A DNA stretch of 64,000 nucleotides from a virus. The notes beneath the pieces were generated by a model that was not told the DNA's origin, did no database searches, and saw only the letters and a list, made by a program, of their open reading frames with translations. Shown in pieces: positions 38,534-48,367 of this stretch. Location: IMG/VR virus record IMGVR_UViG_3300043395_002432, positions 64,001-128,000 of that record; one strand, 5' to 3'. The position numbers were made by a program, and so were the translations under genes. Position 1 is the stretch's first letter. The number at the start of each line of letters is the position of its first letter.

Positions 38534-39195
38534 TTCCTACTCCTTACGCGCTGAACGATCCCGAAGTGCGTCCGTCTCCCGTGCGCCGGGGCAACCCCGA
38601 TCCCCTCCCCCTCCGTCGCTAACGGGATCGGAAAGAACCTAAGCCACGGTCGGCTCCCGAAAGAGATAGGATCGAGGACGTCCTCCGTCCGTAAAAAGCT
38701 CGCAAAGCCCCACCTCGGCTTATCGCCGTCTAACGTGTAGATTTGATAAATCGCCCCAGGGTACAAAACCGTTGGAAGCGGACTTACCCAACAGAACTTG
38801 AACTCGTTGACCGCATACGCCGTCTGCCCAAGCGAATGCTGTATCCAGAACCGCTCCTCGTCTTGCGGCTTGTACATCTTGGTGCGACGAGGACGACCAG
38901 CCGCAGGATCTCGAATCGGAAGGTACGGAGCCGTTGGATTCTCCGCGATCAGCTCTGCCTGCATTCGCACCAACGCCTGAAGGAGCGCACGCCCTTCCGG
39001 CCCCTCGGGAACAACAAGCTCTACCTTCTCGGGAGGCGCACCCTCGATCTCGTCGACATGCCCCCTCCGCTTCTTCTCTCTCTTTTCCGCACGCTGTTCT
39101 GCGAGTTTCCGATGTTGCTCCGCAATCCTCCGCGACCGCGCCCCTTCCCTCGTCGCTTCCTTCTCGGTCGCTTCCTTCTCGACCCTGCGCCTCAC
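38518..39195 (-). CDS. hypothetical protein
   Basis: ORF; start uncertain, near the upstream MTase stop. Confidence 0.45.
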   Translation of the reverse strand: MRRRVEKEATEKEATREGARSRRIAEQHRKLAEQRAEKREKKRRGHVDEIEGAPPEKVELVVPEGPEGRALLQALVRMQAELIAENPTAPYLPIRDPAAGRPRRTKMYKPQDEERFWIQHSLGQTAYAVNEFKFCWVSPLPTVLYPGAIYQIYTLDGDKPRWGFASFLRTEDVLDPISFGSRPWLRFFPIPLATEGEGIGVAPAHGRRTHFGIVQRVRSRKCGKK

Positions 39196-39899
39196 TCCAC
39201 ACCCCCCATGAATGCCCGCAGCAGATCCTCTGCCTTCTCGATGCGGGACGCGTCCGAATCGAACCCAATGTAGCGACGCTTGGTGCGGTGACACGCACGA
39301 GCCAACGGCCCAAGCCCAGAAAAGATGTCCACCACCAAGTCCCCTGGCTCCGTCCACCGCTCGATCCACTGAGCCATCCAATCCGTGGGCTTCTCGGAAT
39401 GCTGCCGCCGCTGCGAAGCATGACCATTGCGAAGCGCACCAAAGTGGTTCGTGAGATGCACCCCCTTGGTGTAGAGCAACACAAGCTCAGCCGCACCAAG
39501 CCAATGATGCCCAACGCCGCCACCGTCCTTCACCCACGCACCTCCAGAGACGTAGCGCCACTTCAGGTCGTGTGACTCATGGAACCACCGCTCGAGAAGC
39601 GGAAACGTCGCCCACATGGCCAGCCGAACCCCACGCTCCTTGGTGCGCTCCTCAGGAAAAGCAGCATGCACGCGATTCAACGCACGCACGATGTCGCCCA
39701 TGCTCATGTTCGCGTAGTGCTTCTCGATCTCCGCCACGTCGGCCCGACCGTAGAGACCCCCCTCATACGTCCACGGCGGATCAGCCACCACCAAAGAGGC
39801 GTCCGCGATGCAAGCGAAGTCGACTTCGTTGACGTCCCCCTGGACGAAGCGAATCTCAGGGGGAAGGGCTGTGGGCTTCAGATCAGGGAAGAGCTGCAT
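39192..39899 (-). CDS. adenine methyltransferase (MT-A70-like/beta class)
   Basis: VVADPPW.Y, HY..M, L.MWAT.P.L, W.K, E..L...KG, HSEKP, VVDIFSG.G. Confidence 0.85.
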   Translation of the reverse strand: MQLFPDLKPTALPPEIRFVQGDVNEVDFACIADASLVVADPPWTYEGGLYGRADVAEIEKHYANMSMGDIVRALNRVHAAFPEERTKERGVRLAMWATFPLLERWFHESHDLKWRYVSGGAWVKDGGGVGHHWLGAAELVLLYTKGVHLTNHFGALRNGHASQRRQHSEKPTDWMAQWIERWTEPGDLVVDIFSGLGPLARACHRTKRRYIGFDSDASRIEKAEDLLRAFMGGVE

Positions 39900-39917
39900 T
39901 CCCCGATCCTATCCCGC

Positions 39918-40346
39918 TCAGAGGAGCCAGGGCATCGCCGGAACCCGCGCCCGATCCCGCTCAGCGCGCAGCCGCTCAAGGATCGTGAGCAGGTCGAACG
40001 CCCCTTCCCATGTCCAGGGATCATGCGGCTCAACCCGCAGGCAGCGGGTGGCCATGCCCCCAGAGACCCACTCGAACTCGAACCGGAACCGCCCCTCACC
40101 GTTCGGGGGGGCCACGATCTGGGCCATTGCGAAGCACACCGACCCCGTGCCGTTCCAGGCCGCGCCGAGGAAGATACAGGGACGCGCCCAATCCCGACGA
40201 CGACCCCAGCCAGCCGTGGGGGCGCGACCCGCCTGCTGCGTGCTGCGGGGCAGATCGCCCCCGCGCAAGAGAGCGCGGATCGAAGCCTCGGTGGCGGGGT
40301 CGAGGGGGGGGCGCTGGATCGGGGGAAGCGTGATCGTGGTCGTCAT
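39918..40346 (-). CDS. hypothetical protein, probably leaderless
   Basis: ATG lies 6 nt after the TATCTT -10 box. Confidence 0.55.
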   Translation of the reverse strand: MTTTITLPPIQRPPLDPATEASIRALLRGGDLPRSTQQAGRAPTAGWGRRRDWARPCIFLGAAWNGTGSVCFAMAQIVAPPNGEGRFRFEFEWVSGGMATRCLRVEPHDPWTWEGAFDLLTILERLRAERDRARVPAMPWLL

Positions 40347-40352
40347 GCCAGC

Positions 40353-40397
40353 AAGATACGCACCCTCTCGCTCAGTGTTGTCAGGATTGCGTCAAGA
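40353..40397 (-). promoter_or_regulatory. tandem-TGAC promoter
   Basis: TTGACG-N5-CTGACA-N20-TATCTT. Confidence 0.6.
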
Positions 40398-40872
40398 GCA
40401 TACTCGCCCGCTCTAACGCCGTGAAGAGAAGAATGCCGATCCCTTGCTCGTAGCTCTCGCTTGGTGCGGGGACGTGAAGGCAGAAGGTCAGCCGCGTCAG
40501 GAACTGGCCGTCTGGCACCATGTAGCTCAGCCGGTGATGCCCCTCGCAGGTCGGATCGTAGAACGGCCCATGATGGAGCTTGGTGTGCTTCCCGATCCCC
40601 TGAATGATCTGCGCCACCGTTCCCGCATGCGACAGATCCGGCACCAAGAGATCCCCACGACGAGCGGGCTTCATGTGCTGCTTGGTGCCAGGACGAAACC
40701 GCAAGAGCCGAAGCCCCTCAGGATCGTAGAGCGAATGCCGCGAGATCAGAAGCGCGAACGCCTCAGGACGAATCTCTGGCTCTGTTAGCCATTCCCCCCA
40801 ATCTGGAAGGAGGGAACGAATTCGACTTCGGTTCAACACCCCAGAGGGGGCCACGAGAGGTACTCGACTCAT
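40381..40872 (-). CDS. hypothetical protein
   Basis: 163-aa ORF. Confidence 0.55.
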   Translation of the reverse strand: MSRVPLVAPSGVLNRSRIRSLLPDWGEWLTEPEIRPEAFALLISRHSLYDPEGLRLLRFRPGTKQHMKPARRGDLLVPDLSHAGTVAQIIQGIGKHTKLHHGPFYDPTCEGHHRLSYMVPDGQFLTRLTFCLHVPAPSESYEQGIGILLFTALERASMLLTQS

Positions 40873-40908
40873 GGCGAGAGACGTAGCCTCCTCTGCGGGT
40901 TCGAGCGA

Positions 40909-41184
40909 TCAGACCGGGTGGTGGTACGCCTCGATCACGACGCTGGCCGGGATGTCGAACTTGTTGCGGAAGTCCGCAATCATGGCGTCGGGGGTAAAGC
41001 GACCGTAGCGCATGACGGGGGTTTCGAGGTCGAAGGTGGAGCCATGCCCCACGCCCTCAGGGAGGTGGGGGTAGTTGTGGCTCTCGATGCGGTAGGCCCA
41101 CTTCGAGATCACGCGAAGGCGGATCTTGCGGGGGGCGGGAGCGGGGCAGGAGACCTTGAAGGCGATGCGAGCGACGTTGGTCAT
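40909..41184 (-). CDS. hypothetical protein
   Basis: Start MTNVAR with AAGGAG RBS. Confidence 0.6.
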   Translation of the reverse strand: MTNVARIAFKVSCPAPAPRKIRLRVISKWAYRIESHNYPHLPEGVGHGSTFDLETPVMRYGRFTPDAMIADFRNKFDIPASVVIEAYHHPV

Positions 41185-41203
41185 TTTGTGACTCCTTGAG
41201 GGG

Positions 41204-41800
41204 TTAGAGGCGACCATGCCAGGAACGGCGGCTATCTTCGCCCGAGAATGCCCGAGCGTCCATGTCCGCCTCTTGCTGCCGCCAAGCGCGCAGGGCTTCG
41301 GCTTGAGCAAGGCGCTGAGCCTCAGCAGCAGCCGCTTCCCGCCGGATCTGCTCAGCAAAGCTGGCGCGGCGCTCGGCGCGGTCGGGCGAGGCGAGGGTGA
41401 GGGCGATCTGCGCCTCCTCGAAAGCGAGGGCTTGGGGGCGAGGGGGGCGATCAGAGAGGCTCGCGTCGTAGAGTTCGCTGAACGCCTCAAAGGAGGCGAG
41501 AAGGCGCTGAATGAGCGCCTCATTCTCAGGCGTGGGGTTGCTCAGCCCGACGAGCCAGTGAATCCATGCCCATGTGAGGTTCGTCTCACCCTCGGGCCAT
41601 TCGGCTGGGGTGAGCGCCATGCTCTCGAGGGCGCGGCGATCCGCCTCGTCGACGGCATGCGTGGCCGCCCGATCCGCCAGCCGGTAAATCCACCGGCTCC
41701 ACTCCCCCATGTAGATGTTCTGGTTGAAGAACATGGCTCGCAGCTCGTTGGCGATCTGCGCTGGGGTAGGGGTCACGCTCTCTCCGGTTACCCCCTTCAT
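41204..41800 (-). CDS. hypothetical protein
   Basis: Trp-rich N-half and coiled-coil C-half; start uncertain. Confidence 0.55.
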   Translation of the reverse strand: MKGVTGESVTPTPAQIANELRAMFFNQNIYMGEWSRWIYRLADRAATHAVDEADRRALESMALTPAEWPEGETNLTWAWIHWLVGLSNPTPENEALIQRLLASFEAFSELYDASLSDRPPRPQALAFEEAQIALTLASPDRAERRASFAEQIRREAAAAEAQRLAQAEALRAWRQQEADMDARAFSGEDSRRSWHGRL

Positions 41801-41840
41801 AGGATCGGCTCACCGCTGCGTATGTCAAGATTGTGTCAAG
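41796..41840 (-). promoter_or_regulatory. tandem-TGAC promoter
   Basis: TTGACA-N5-TTGACA-N21-TATGAA. Confidence 0.6.
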
Positions 41841-42658
41841 CGGTATCTCCGAATGAGGCTCTGGAGATCAGGGGCGGCGAACGCGGACAATGAGAGCAAT
41901 CCCTGGGCGCGCTCGAAGTGCGGTCGCATGAAGTCCTCGGTGATATGCTGCTCAAAGACGAATGAGGCACGCAGGAAGGCATTTTGCGCCTCTCTTGGTG
42001 CCGACTCGAAGGCCATGTCGAGGAGCGCATGCGTAGCTCTCACAGGCTCGGTGCGTGCGAGCGCATGGAGGATCTCGACTCGCCACTCGCCCCTGTAGTC
42101 GTAGATCCAGCCCGTCGAGGCGAGCGAAGGGGCAATGGCCGCACCAAGCATGGAGCGAGCTGGCTCCTGAAGCGAGGGAAGGATCTCCTTGGCGAATTCG
42201 AATGCGTCGGCTCGAGGGGAGATCATCCAGGCATGCGCCAGATGCAGGTTCTGCTGAAGCGCGGGGAGCGTTCTCTTGGCGGCTTCGAGGGGAAGCTCCT
42301 CGATCCAGGGCTGGCGAGCGACGGAGAGTGCATGCCAGCAAGCCTCCTGCACCGTAGCGAAAGGAAGCAAGCCCCGACTCGATTCGAAAGGAGCCGACGC
42401 GACCGAGAGCAGGAAAGGGTAGAGCTTCAGGGGGCGAGGGCGACGAGGGAACGCCCAGATCGCACCAAGCGTGACCCAGAAGCGATCCTCGTCCGTGAAG
42501 CGGTCAAGGAACGAGAGGACGAGGAGAAGGTGCGGCTCCGCCTCAGGATCGCTTGCAAGCCAGCCAAAGGCGCTCCCACGCTCCTCTGGGCTGGTTGGGT
42601 AGTAGAGCGCGTAAAGGGCTTCGCTTGCGCCACCCCGTGGCTCCCAGCGGGGATTCAT
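41825..42658 (-). CDS. hypothetical helical protein
   Basis: 277 aa, ATGA overlap. Confidence 0.55.
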   Translation of the reverse strand: MNPRWEPRGGASEALYALYYPTSPEERGSAFGWLASDPEAEPHLLLVLSFLDRFTDEDRFWVTLGAIWAFPRRPRPLKLYPFLLSVASAPFESSRGLLPFATVQEACWHALSVARQPWIEELPLEAAKRTLPALQQNLHLAHAWMISPRADAFEFAKEILPSLQEPARSMLGAAIAPSLASTGWIYDYRGEWRVEILHALARTEPVRATHALLDMAFESAPREAQNAFLRASFVFEQHITEDFMRPHFERAQGLLSLSAFAAPDLQSLIRRYRLTQS

Positions 42659-43080
42659 TCGGAAAAGAGACCGTAGCCGATCTCCTCGAAAGCTGGGGCC
42701 ACACCACGCTCGACGTGCATGCGAATCAGGGGAGCGTCGACGAGGGTCACTTCGAGACCACCAAGACGCAAGAAGGCTGCCGTCGCACTCGCAAGCTCAC
42801 ACGCAGCGACCTCCTCAGAGAGCATGACCCCAAGTGCGGCGTACTTGGTGCGTACCTCCTCAGAGACACGACACTCCCCGTATCGAGCGCACAAGGTGCC
42901 GGGAGCGAGGGAAGGCTCAAGAAGACGGGCCTTCTCCGCCGCCAAGCGAATCTCCTCCTGCGCCCCCTCCTCCGTCTCGGATTGCACCATGAGGTGCAGG
43001 ACGTAGCACTCGTATCGCGCATGGTGCCGCGAAGAGGCGTTCCCGATCTTGAGCGTGAAGTGACGAGAATGGCTCATCAT
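42655..43080 (-). CDS. hypothetical protein
   Basis: 141 aa, overlaps at both ends. Confidence 0.55.
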   Translation of the reverse strand: MMSHSRHFTLKIGNASSRHHARYECYVLHLMVQSETEEGAQEEIRLAAEKARLLEPSLAPGTLCARYGECRVSEEVRTKYAALGVMLSEEVAACELASATAAFLRLGGLEVTLVDAPLIRMHVERGVAPAFEEIGYGLFSE

Positions 43081-43442
43081 TTCACCTGAAAGAAGGACGC
43101 GATCCCCTCGAGGCCGATTCGGGTCTCTTCGATCTCGTCCTCATTGCGCTTGACCCAGATTTGGGCTGCCTCGAGCGCATGCATGGCCACCTCCTTCTCG
43201 TCGAGAGCTTGCCAACGCCGCTCCTCGAGGCACTCGTAGAGATACTTGAGCGCGTAGCGTGCCACCTCCTCTCTGGTGGCGCGATCAGGATCGAGATCGC
43301 ACCCCCTCATTGGGGTTAAGAGGAATTCTTGGTCTCGATAAAAATAAAGGCACCAACATGGTGGCTTATCACAATCCGGCTTGTGATACTCCACAACCGC
43401 CTCTTCACCGAGAATCTTCTTGAGAAGCTCTACCGCTGTCAC
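43077..43442 (-). CDS. hypothetical protein, paralog family member
   Basis: VTAVELL...WCLYF...ATREEVAR followed by coiled coil. Confidence 0.55.
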   Translation of the reverse strand: MTAVELLKKILGEEAVVEYHKPDCDKPPCWCLYFYRDQEFLLTPMRGCDLDPDRATREEVARYALKYLYECLEERRWQALDEKEVAMHALEAAQIWVKRNEDEIEETRIGLEGIASFFQVK

Positions 43443-43800
43443 CGATTCCTCGCACATTGTCCCGAATGAAGGGGCCGAGCTTGGCGGGCGGGACGTACCG
43501 CTCGTCGACCGTGAACGGCGCGGAGAGGTGGCCGCGCTGCATGCGTACCCTGTAACGAGGGTCACCGTCCCGTGCCGTCACGCGAACCCATGTCCCCTGC
43601 TTCTCTCCGCGAGCGAAGAAGGTCAGGGTGACCTCGCGCATGGAGTAGTCCCCCTCCCAGCGAGGGTCGAAGTACCGAATCTCGGAGAGGACGCGTTCTC
43701 CGATCACCCGGCGGATCGTCTCCGCCTTCGCGTACACCTCCTTCGCCCAGAGATCCTTCTTGAGTTGCGGGAAGCCCTGGCGAAAGTCGAACATGCTCAC
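43405..43800 (-). CDS. hypothetical protein
   Basis: 131 aa, downstream of promoter. Confidence 0.55.
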   Translation of the reverse strand: MSMFDFRQGFPQLKKDLWAKEVYAKAETIRRVIGERVLSEIRYFDPRWEGDYSMREVTLTFFARGEKQGTWVRVTARDGDPRYRVRMQRGHLSAPFTVDERYVPPAKLGPFIRDNVRGIGDSGRASQEDSR

Positions 43801-43809
43801 CTCGGGAGA

Positions 43810-43852
43810 AGGATACGCGCCCTGCTACCGCGTTGCGTCAAGAAGGTGTCAG
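43810..43852 (-). promoter_or_regulatory. tandem-TGAC promoter abutting a palindrome copy
   Basis: CTGACA-N5-TTGACG-N20-TATCCT. Confidence 0.6.
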
Positions 43853-43866
43853 CGAATTCGACTTCG

Positions 43867-44154
43867 TCAGTAGACTCGCTGCCGCCCCCTGAGGACTCGC
43901 TCGTCCTCCTCGGCACCAAAGATGGTCTCGAACTCGACGTCGAGCGAACCCACGGAGCCTTGGCAGCGCGTGCAAGCAGCGGGGGAGGATGCCCCGTAGT
44001 CCGTGGTGCGCGTCTTTCCCTTGATGCCAGCGACCTGAAGATCCTCGGGGGAACACTCGCAATGCAGCCCCTCCACCAAGACGAACGGCGCTCCCTCGTA
44101 GGGCAGTCGAGCCGACGCCTCGCGCCCGTCGTGAAGCCTGAGCGTGATCTTCAT
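43867..44154 (-). CDS. small putative Zn-ribbon protein
   Basis: CEC...CTRC. Confidence 0.55.
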   Translation of the reverse strand: MKITLRLHDGREASARLPYEGAPFVLVEGLHCECSPEDLQVAGIKGKTRTTDYGASSPAACTRCQGSVGSLDVEFETIFGAEEDERVLRGRQRVY

Positions 44155-44396
44155 GACTGATCCTTGAGGTACGCCTCGAGCCGAGCAAAGCCCCGCTCCT
44201 CGCTCTCCCGAGAGAAGCCACGCTCCTTGGTGCGCTCAGGGTAAGCGTTCGTCACGCGAACGATACGACCTCGCTCGTCCAGATCCACGTCGAGCGCAAT
44301 CGTCCAGCCAAAGAGGTGCAAAGATCGGTTGATCCACCAAAGAAGGCCAGTCGCCTGAAAGGTCTTCCACGCCTCGGCAGCTTCGGGGGTGATCAT
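44151..44396 (-). CDS. hypothetical protein
   Basis: W..F..TGLLWWINR.LH.FGW.I...AYP.R...RGF. Confidence 0.6.
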   Translation of the reverse strand: MITPEAAEAWKTFQATGLLWWINRSLHLFGWTIALDVDLDERGRIVRVTNAYPERTKERGFSRESEERGFARLEAYLKDQS

Positions 44397-44605
44397 AGAT
44401 TCAACTTGTTCGGATCGGGGTTTTGTGAGATGAAGACCACAGCCTCAGCCTCAGCCTCCTCTCGCGTAGGTTCGGTGAGGTAGGTAGAGATGCTGGTGAG
44501 GATCTTGCCATCGGGGGTCTTCACCTGAAGGGTGGCGCACCAACCCCTCGGGCTTGGAAGGATCGAAGTGACTACCCAGACAGATCCAGGCGGGTAGGTG
44601 TTCAT
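44393..44605 (-). CDS. hypothetical protein
   Basis: 70 aa, ATGA overlaps. Confidence 0.55.
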   Translation of the reverse strand: MNTYPPGSVWVVTSILPSPRGWCATLQVKTPDGKILTSISTYLTEPTREEAEAEAVVFISQNPDPNKLNL

Positions 44606-45153
44606 TTGCGGCTCCTGCGATGGCGCGGAGGTGGTGGGGTGAAGGGAGTGGGCTTCGATGGGGGCTTCTCCGCGCTCTTCTCCGCTCTATTCGTACTCGT
44701 CGTCGTCGACGCCCTAACGAAGTCGTCGAAGGATCGAGCGCCTTGCTTGAGCTGGAGGTTGAGCGAGGGAATGGCCAGCGTGTGGACGGCTTCGGGCAGA
44801 GCAGGCTCGAGGATCAGCCTAAGCTGCCGCTCCTTCTCCTCGTGCTTGAGCGCATCTTCGTCCCAGGTGGCGGCAGAGCGACGGGCCTGCTCGGCACCAA
44901 CCCGAGCGAGCTGAGCGAGTTTGGCCGCTGTCTCTATCGCCGCCACCAACTCCGCACGGGCCAATTCCTCGGGCGTGCTGCTCTTGGGGAGATTGCGGCA
45001 GGCGTACAGGAACGCCTCCTGCGCTGCGCCTTCAGCGTCGACGTAGCGCATGCGCCACGGCTCCCCTTGGTGCGAGGCAGCTTCCGCGTCGTAGCGGAAG
45101 GAGACCGCACCAACCGCCCCGTGCTTCTCCTCGAGCCAACGAAGCACCATCAT
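44602..45153 (-). CDS. hypothetical protein, paralog family member
   Basis: VSFRYD...W.M...STPEELAR followed by coiled coil. Confidence 0.6.
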   Translation of the reverse strand: MMVLRWLEEKHGAVGAVSFRYDAEAASHQGEPWRMRYVDAEGAAQEAFLYACRNLPKSSTPEELARAELVAAIETAAKLAQLARVGAEQARRSAATWDEDALKHEEKERQLRLILEPALPEAVHTLAIPSLNLQLKQGARSFDDFVRASTTTSTNRAEKSAEKPPSKPTPFTPPPPRHRRSRK

Positions 45154-45605
45154 TCGTTCCTCCGTTCAAGCGCCAGCTTGGCGTAGTAGATGTAGTCCTT
45201 CCGAACCGCCTCAATGTCTGCGTAATCCTCAAAGGAAACGAATTCGAATTCGACGCCTGCACCTTGTGCGTAGATCAGGACTCGGCGCAGTGTGGGGTCT
45301 CGAGGCACATGCTTCGGATGGAGTTCGGGAATGAACCGCAAGACGACGGCCCGATCCCCAAGCTCGACCCGCACCTCCCACGGGAGCGGGGAGAGATACT
45401 CCGTCACGCCCGACGCCCGCTCGAAGGACTCTCGGGAATCAGGTCGCCAGCTCGGTCTTGGTGCAGGACAAGATCCGACTCGCTCGCTCACGACGGCGAG
45501 CTGAGCGCGAGTACGCTCAAGGGTCTCCTTCAGGAGGTCGAACTCCTCCCGAGAGACCTGGGAGGGCCGAGAGAGGACGCGCCGAAGGCGAGAGAGGAGG
45601 CTCAT
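45150..45605 (-). CDS. hypothetical protein
   Basis: 151 aa, ATGA overlaps. Confidence 0.55.
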   Translation of the reverse strand: MSLLSRLRRVLSRPSQVSREEFDLLKETLERTRAQLAVVSERVGSCPAPRPSWRPDSRESFERASGVTEYLSPLPWEVRVELGDRAVVLRFIPELHPKHVPRDPTLRRVLIYAQGAGVEFEFVSFEDYADIEAVRKDYIYYAKLALERRNE

Positions 45606-45976
45606 GCCGACTCCAGAGAAGCGAGGAGGAGGGCAGCGTAGTCAGCCCGATCTTGCACCTCAGAGATCGCCGCCTCGACCTCCTCATTGGTGCCAATGTC
45701 GAGCAGAGGGTAGAGGCTCAGGTCGGGAGGATCGGCCTGAATCTCCCTCATGGCCCGAACGCGAGTCTCGGCTCGCGCCCGGAAACCTTCAAGGGCTTGC
45801 CGCGCCACCTCCTCATGCGAGAGGGTCTCCTCCGTTGCGGCGGTCGGACGACGCTCCTCACGACCGCGCTCGTCCTCCCAGACCACGAACCAGCACCAAC
45901 CCTCGAAGCGCAAGCGAGGAGAGGTGACCTGCTGGAAGCGGCCCAGGTACGCACCAAGCGCCTCGAGCGCAGTCAC
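45602..45976 (-). CDS. hypothetical protein, paralog family member
   Basis: VTALEAL...WCWFV...LSHEEVAR followed by coiled coil. Confidence 0.6.
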   Translation of the reverse strand: MTALEALGAYLGRFQQVTSPRLRFEGWCWFVVWEDERGREERRPTAATEETLSHEEVARQALEGFRARAETRVRAMREIQADPPDLSLYPLLDIGTNEEVEAAISEVQDRADYAALLLASLESA

Positions 45977-46716
45977 TTCAGCACCCAGCGCATGCCTGGG
46001 AAGGCAGAGATGCACTTCAACACCGAGCGCATGTCAGGGAAGGCAGAGATACGCTGAGCATTCTTGGTGTGAATCGCCAGACGCTCCTCGGCCCGAAGAA
46101 GATCGGCGCGCAGCCCCTCGATTCGCTCGGTCTCCGTGCGGATGGCGTCTTGGATCTGACCGTGCAGGTACAGCAGGGAAGCCCTCGAAAGATCCTCGGG
46201 GGTGGCCGTGGAGAGCATCTGGCGACATGACTGCGCGGGAGAAAATCCGAGATCGCCCCCTTTTCGAGCGTGCCAGATCGGCGGGCCAAAGGGCTTCCCT
46301 GAGAGGTCAGTCTCCTGCTGGTAAGCGAATTCGACTTCGCTCACGCCGAGGATCAAGGCAAGCAGCGCCTGCCCCGACACAGCCTCCATCGTGTCCGCTT
46401 CAGCCTCGAGCTTAGAAGCCTCATGGGCGTGACTTCTGGCTGACCGAGCTTGCTGCTCCGAGCTTGCCCGCAGACTCGCGGAGGTGGCACGCAGCGGGGC
46501 TGCACCAAGACGGAGAGGTTCGGCGCGACAGAGAAGCTCGAAGCGAGCGACCGACTCGGGATCGGCCCCTTCAAGGTCGTTCCGAGCGTCGCAGGGAACG
46601 TGCTGAGGGCCAAATACCGTCTCCAGATCCATGATCCAGCGTGACGTAGAGCCGTCGTACCGAAACGAGATCCGCTTCGCTCCCTCGAGGGAGCAGAGGA
46701 ATTCGAGCGCGGTCAC
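45973..46716 (-). CDS. hypothetical protein with two paralog-family domains
   Basis: VTALEFL..ISFRYD..W..ADPESVAR; ALLALILG..VEFAY..W..ATPEDLSR. Confidence 0.6.
   Translation of the reverse strand: MTALEFLCSLEGAKRISFRYDGSTSRWIMDLETVFGPQHVPCDARNDLEGADPESVARFELLCRAEPLRLGAAPLRATSASLRASSEQQARSARSHAHEASKLEAEADTMEAVSGQALLALILGVSEVEFAYQQETDLSGKPFGPPIWHARKGGDLGFSPAQSCRQMLSTATPEDLSRASLLYLHGQIQDAIRTETERIEGLRADLLRAEERLAIHTKNAQRISAFPDMRSVLKCISAFPGMRWVLK
45974..46051. repeat. 39-bp imperfect tandem duplication
   Basis: Encodes ISAFPDMRSVLK and ISAFPGMRWVLK. Confidence 0.85.
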
Positions 46717-46925
46717 TCGGTCTCCAGGGCGCGAAAACCGCCAGTCGAGGCGAGGACAATCGCTGCCACCACCAAGAGCATGTCGGGAGACGTGGGGCCA
46801 AAGCCGAGGTAGGTCGCCATGCCCCCTATCGCTTTGGCGATCATGACCAGCGCGAAGAGGTTGCACAGCGCCGTCAGGGTGAGCGCCCCCAATGCGAACA
46901 AGATGGAACCGATCTTCTTACTCAT
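46713..46925 (-). CDS. small membrane protein
   Basis: Start MSKKIG with AAGGAG RBS; two hydrophobic segments. Confidence 0.6.
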   Translation of the reverse strand: MSKKIGSILFALGALTLTALCNLFALVMIAKAIGGMATYLGFGPTSPDMLLVVAAIVLASTGGFRALETE

Positions 46926-47299
46926 GTGGACTCCTTGGTGGGATTCAGAATGCGAAGGCGAAATTTGAGTGCCTGAGCCATGAGCGCGTGGTACTCCGCC
47001 AAGAGGTGCCACGGGCCAGGGTGCTGGAGCGCGCTTTCCTCGGCGGCAGCGGCCTGATCGAGGTGGTAGCCAGCCTCGTTGGCGTCGAATGCCTCCTGCA
47101 CCTCAAGCGCAATCTCAGCAGCCCGCTCGGGGCTGGTGTTCGGATCGTGCCAGTCAAGACTGACAGGAACGCTCCTGAACCCGTCAGACGTGGAGCCGCG
47201 CAAGAACCAGCTATCTCCGCTCCGCCGCATGCTGGCCGTCTGCGGCGGAATGCCGTGATACAGCGCGAGGCGCTCAAGGGCGGTTGGGGTGAGGCTCAC
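46922..47299 (-). CDS. hypothetical protein, paralog family member
   Basis: TALERL...SWFL...TSPERAA followed by helix. Confidence 0.55.
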   Translation of the reverse strand: MSLTPTALERLALYHGIPPQTASMRRSGDSWFLRGSTSDGFRSVPVSLDWHDPNTSPERAAEIALEVQEAFDANEAGYHLDQAAAAEESALQHPGPWHLLAEYHALMAQALKFRLRILNPTKEST

Positions 47300-47700
47300 G
47301 TCGTCCTCCACGTCCATTCAACGCACCGCGTCATGATCGGGCCGCGCCGAAAGGAGCGGGCGTATTCGGTACACTCATCGGCCCAGGCGGGGCTGGCGAG
47401 CTGGACGCACACCTCGGTCAGCGCACGGATCGCGTCAGCGGTGGGGATGCGAATGTCGCCGCTCCAGATGTTGACCGACACCAGCCCCAACCGGGCAGGG
47501 GCGTCGTCGGAAGGGGTGCGGATCAGCAGCGACCACGAAGGCGGCATGTCCAGCCACGCCGATACGCGGAGATGCCCGGACAGAATGGGGTGGACGATGC
47601 GGTGGATCGTGAGCGTGCCGCTTTCGTCGGAGAGTTGCCGGGGTGGCCCGAGGTCAACACCGGCAGCGGAGAGGGCGGCGCGCACGTCGTCGGCGGTCAT
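47296..47700 (-). CDS. hypothetical protein
   Basis: 134 aa, overlaps at both ends. Confidence 0.5.
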   Translation of the reverse strand: MTADDVRAALSAAGVDLGPPRQLSDESGTLTIHRIVHPILSGHLRVSAWLDMPPSWSLLIRTPSDDAPARLGLVSVNIWSGDIRIPTADAIRALTEVCVQLASPAWADECTEYARSFRRGPIMTRCVEWTWRTT

Positions 47701-48038
47701 TGGCGCTCCAGGGCTTCGGCCCGCTCGATCAGGCGCTCAGCGGCGTATTGGTGCGCCTCAGCCTCATGACGCAGGACGAGGGCTTCCTCAGCCCGCTGGA
47801 GGCGCTGTCGCTGCTCGGGCGTGATCGCCCTGAGGGCGAGGATCATGGAGGCGACCTGATCCTCGTCAACCCCGTCACAGTACCCCTCGGGGCGGGGAAG
47901 GAGCGGGCGTCGGTGCGCTCGGGCGGAGTGGACGACGAACCGAAGCCCTCCCTCCTCCTCTTCAAAGTACGCCCCGCTGTCGGCCTTGAACCCCAGGACG
48001 ACAGAGAGCTTCTGCATCTCGCTAAGCGTGGGCTTCAT
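47697..48038 (-). CDS. hypothetical protein, possible paralog family member
   Basis: VDEDQVAS followed by coiled coil. Confidence 0.55.
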   Translation of the reverse strand: MKPTLSEMQKLSVVLGFKADSGAYFEEEEGGLRFVVHSARAHRRPLLPRPEGYCDGVDEDQVASMILALRAITPEQRQRLQRAEEALVLRHEAEAHQYAAERLIERAEALERQ

Positions 48039-48054
48039 CTTCTCTCCGCAGCCA

Positions 48055-48098
48055 TTCATAGGATCGAGGAGGCTCGGGGAGCGTCAAGAAGGTGTCAA
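48055..48098 (-). promoter_or_regulatory. tandem-TGAC promoter
   Basis: TTGACA-N5-TTGACG-N21-TATGAA. Confidence 0.6.
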
Positions 48099-48160
48099 GC
48101 GAGCAAGTAGGGTCACGACCTTGTCGTGCCGACGACGCTCAGCGTAGTACTGAAGCGCGG

Positions 48161-48367
48161 TCATGTCTCCTCCGAAGTCGAATTCGCACCAAGAGCGTGG
48201 AGGTACTCCACTTCCTCGCTGGTGAGATCAAGCGTGAGCGTAGCGCCACCAAGAAGGGCGTCCGTCGCCTCCAGCGCAGCCTTCAGCCCGAAGTGCTGGG
48301 TCTCTATGAGGAATTGGGTGAACGGAATCTTCTTGAAGCCCGGTCGAAAGCCTGTGATTCGTGTCAT
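48161..48367 (-). CDS. ribosomal bL12 C-terminal-domain-like protein
   Basis: GFKKI.....L.....FGLKAA...TD.LL.G...L.ALGA resembles bL12 KI.VIK..R...GLGLKEAK..VD...LE.AGA. Confidence 0.45.
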   Translation of the reverse strand: MTRITGFRPGFKKIPFTQFLIETQHFGLKAALEATDALLGGATLTLDLTSEEVEYLHALGANSTSEET